A DNA stretch of 63,853 bases, filler included, from Vicugna vicugna (taxonomy: Eukaryota): the NCBI GenBank assembly GCA_013265495.1. It is 73 parts of 72 records of this genome, joined end to end, with 100 filler letters (N's around TTAATTAATTAA, not from the genome) between each part and the next. Parts side by side here need not be neighbours in the genome. Positions count along the whole stretch, not along the records: positions 60,870 to 61,762 come from MU061352.1; positions 61,863 to 63,305 come from MU061354.1; positions 63,406 to 63,853 come from MU061356.1; 70 more parts are not named here. One strand, 5' to 3'. The position numbers and the translations under genes were made by a program. This document shows, piece by piece, positions 60,870-63,853 of this stretch; position 1 is the first letter of the stretch, and each line of letters starts with the position of its first letter. The notes below the pieces were generated by a model. That model did not search any database, was not told the DNA's origin, and saw only the letters and a program-made list of their open reading frames with translations.

Positions 60870-61762
60870 GAATAATGAATATAGAATTTGGAACATGGAA
60901 TTCAGAACACAGAAATAAAGTATAGAATACGGAATACTGAATATACAATTTAGAGTATAGAATTACGAAAACAAAATATAGTATAAAGAATAGAATTATA
61001 GAAATCGGAATTTAGAAAATGGAATGCTGAACACAGAATTTAGAATACAGAATACAGAATACTGAATATAGAATTTAGAATATAGAATATAGAACACAGA
61101 ATATAGAATATAAATACGGAATGCAGAATATAGAATGTAGTATATTGAATTTAGAACACAAANNNNNNNNNNNNNNNNNNNNNNNNNNNNNNNNNNNNNN
61201 NNNNNNNNNNNNNNNNNNNNNNAACACAGAATTAAGAATATAGAATACAGAATACTGAATATAAAATTTAGAATATAGAATGCAGGACACAGAATTTACA
61301 ATATAGAATAGAGAATATAGAACCCAGTATTTAGAACATGGAAAGCAGAACACAGAATTTAGTATATAGCATACAAAATACTGAATATAGGAATTAGAAT
61401 ATAGAATGTAGAACACAGTATATAGAATATAGAATACAGTATGCAGAATATGTGATGTAGAAAATAGAATTAAGAACACAGCATATAGAATATAGAATAG
61501 AGAATATACAACGCAGAATTTAGAATATCGAAAGCCGAACACAGAATTTAGAATATAAAATACAGAAAACTGAATATAGAATTTAGAGAACAGAATGCGG
61601 AACACAGAATATAGAATATATAATACAGAATACTGAATATAGAATTTAGAACATAGAATGCGGAACATAGAATTTACAATATAAAATACAGAATACTGAA
61701 TATAGAATTTCGAACTGGGAATGCAGAACTCAGAAATTACAATATACAATACAGAATACTGA
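60870..61762. repeat. Satellite E (reverse orientation) with 63-bp unit
   Basis: Unit starts at 61538, 61601, 61664, 61727. Confidence 0.95.
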
Positions 61763-61862
61763 NNNNNNNNNNNNNNNNNNNNNNNNNNNNNNNNNNNNNN
61801 NNNNNNTTAATTAATTAANNNNNNNNNNNNNNNNNNNNNNNNNNNNNNNNNNNNNNNNNNNN

Positions 61863-63305
61863 GGAAAGCATAAGCTCGTCTCCCCTGAGGATTTTCCTTA
61901 TGTCTCTCTGCCAAGGAATGCTAGGGGGGTTTGCAGGTTTTCCCAATGACAGAGGCTGCCTCCCCAAGATCAGTGAAGTTATTTCTCGGACTTCCCCGAA
62001 CAGGGAACACCTGTGACTGAAGAGAGCTGCGTGGANNNNNNNNNNNNNNNNNNNNNNNNNNNNNNNNNNNNNNNNNNNNNNNNNNNNNNNNNNNNNNNNN
62101 NNNNNNNNNNNNNNNNNNNNNNNNNNNNNNNNNNNNNNNNNNNNNNNNNNNNNNNNNNNNNNNNNNNNNNNNNNNNNNNNNNNNNNNNNNNNNNNNNNNN
62201 NNNNNNNNNNNNNNNNNNNNNNNNNNNNNNNNNNNNNNNNNNNNNNNNNNNNNNNNNNNNNNNNNNNNNNNNNNNNNNNNNNNNNNNNNNNNNNNNNNNN
62301 NNNNNNNNNNNNNNNNNNNNNNNNNNNNNNNNNNNNNNNNNNNNNNNNNNNNNNNNNNNNNNNNNNNNNNNNNNNNNNNNNNNNNNNNNNNNNNNNNNNN
62401 NNNNNNNNNNNNNNNNNNNNNNNNNNNNNNNNNNNNNNNNNNNNNNNNNNNNNNNNNNNNNNNNNNNNNNNNNNNNNNNNNNNNNNNNNNNNNNNNNNNN
62501 NNNNNNNNNNNNNNNNNNNNNNNNNNNNNNNNNNNNNNNNNNNNNNNNNNNNNNNNNNNNNNNNNNNNNNNNNNNNNNNNNNNNNNNNNNNNNNNNNNNN
62601 NNNNNNNNNNNNNNNNNNNNNNNNNNNNNNNNNNNNNNNNNNNNNNNNNNNNNNNNNNNNNNNNNNNNNNNNNNNNNNNNNNNNNNNNNNNNNNNNNNNN
62701 NNNNNNNNNNNNNNNNNNNNNNNNNNNNNNNNNNNNNNNNNNNNNNNNNNNNNNNNNNNNNNNNNNNNNNNNNNNNNNNNNNNNNNNNNNNNNNNNNNNN
62801 NNNNNNNNNNNNNNNNNNNNNNNNNNNNNNNNNNNNNNNNNNNNNNNNNNNNNNNNNNNNNNNNNNNNNNNNNNNNNNNNNNNNNNNNNNNNNNNNNNNN
62901 NNNNNNNNNNNNNNNNNNNNNNNNCTGTGCCAGGGAATGCTAGGGGGGTTGGCAGGATATCCCAGTGACAGAGGCTGACTCCCCAAGGTCAGGGAATTTA
63001 TTTCTCGGACTTCCCCGAACAGGGAACACCTGTGAATGAAGAGAGCTGCGTGGAGTTGTCTCTCGAGCTCCCTCACGCACTGACAATGGTTCCGGAATCC
63101 TGAGCATGGGGAGGTTCCACCAACGGTCGGCAGCGCGTGGGTTCTAAGAGAAAGCCTAAGCTAGTCTCCCCTGACAGTTTTCCTAATATCTCTGTGCCAG
63201 GGAATGTTAGGGGGGTTTGTAGGATATCCCAGTGACATACGTTGCCTCCCCAATGTCAGTGAAAGTATTTCCCGGACTTCCCAGAAAAGGGAAATCCTGG
63301 GAATG
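61863..63305. repeat. Satellite A
   Basis: Matches the A monomer on both sides of the gap. Confidence 0.95.
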
Positions 63306-63405
63306 NNNNNNNNNNNNNNNNNNNNNNNNNNNNNNNNNNNNNNNNNNNNTTAATTAATTAANNNNNNNNNNNNNNNNNNNNNNNNNNNNNNNNNNNNNNN
63401 NNNNN

Positions 63406-63853
63406 AAATGTGCGATTTTAGAACCTGGTGATAGGAAAAACTATGAAGTCTGAGTAAATATTTCAAAGCCTATATACGCCTTGTTTGGTGGAAGAAAGGT
63501 CAGTAATCCACATGCTCACAAGCCAGAAACGTATGATTGCCGAATCCGTCATACATGTAGCATGTACCGAACCCGTAATGCCATGTTGTTGGAATTCATA
63601 TAAATTACACATCTGTTAGGTGGANNNNNNNNNNNNNNNNNNNNNNNNNNNNNNNNNNNNNNNNNNNNNNNNNNNNNNNNNNNTTAGGGAAAGCATGTTA
63701 AAATGTGTACACGTGTCTAGATGAAAATATTCCTTTTATACAGGATGAAAGATTAGTAATCCAGATGCCCTCAACTCAGCAAGGCATGTTTGTCGAATCA
63801 GTTATTTTTGTAGCATGTACGGAACACGGAATATTATTTAGATGTAATCTATT
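63406..63853. repeat. Satellite C
   Basis: Colinear with about 13320-13750. Confidence 0.93.

Noticed and set aside
61075..61749. 224-aa hydrophobic Y/I/L/S/F-rich ORF suggesting a membrane protein
   Set aside because: Translation of the TATTCTA heptamer satellite
2992..63076. Long ORFs in the supplied track
   Set aside because: Most are open only because N runs translate as X, many end in linker-derived LIN/N, and the rest are satellite or L1 translations
959..63361. Regularly recurring TTAATTAATTAA as a CRISPR-like or biological repeat
   Set aside because: Always centred in exactly 44+44 Ns; an assembly spacer, and the DNA is mammalian

Overview
This is not a contiguous locus. It is an artificial concatenation of 73 short unplaced scaffolds (about 0.25-1.6 kb each, many with internal N gaps) joined by 72 identical 100-bp linkers (N44-TTAATTAATTAA-N44). 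The DNA is mammalian and most likely camelid, judged from two tRNA-derived SINEs resembling Vic-1 and cetartiodactyl-type LINE-1/LTR sequence. About 39 scaffolds are satellite DNA in five classes (my labels): A, homogeneous CpG-rich ~267-bp monomer; D, diverged multi-monomer relative of A; B, homogeneous 247-bp monomer; C, AT-rich ~740-bp trimer of B-related monomers; E, (TATTCTA)n heptamer satellite with 63-bp and ~376-bp higher periods. Two scaffolds are GGA-rich tracts. The rest are LINE-1 pieces, SINEs, LTRs and unique fragments. Gene-derived sequence is limited to two disabled, intron-flanked ANO6 (TMEM16F) exons on separate scaffolds, one intact 54-nt collagen Gly-X-Y exon and a MAGE-like upstream repeat region. 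I find no complete gene and no new protein-coding system; almost all ORF-track entries are artefacts of N runs or satellites. The best leads are the duplicated, decayed ANO6 copy or copies and the paired monomer/higher-order architecture of the satellites. Family assignments come from recalled sequence and need database confirmation.
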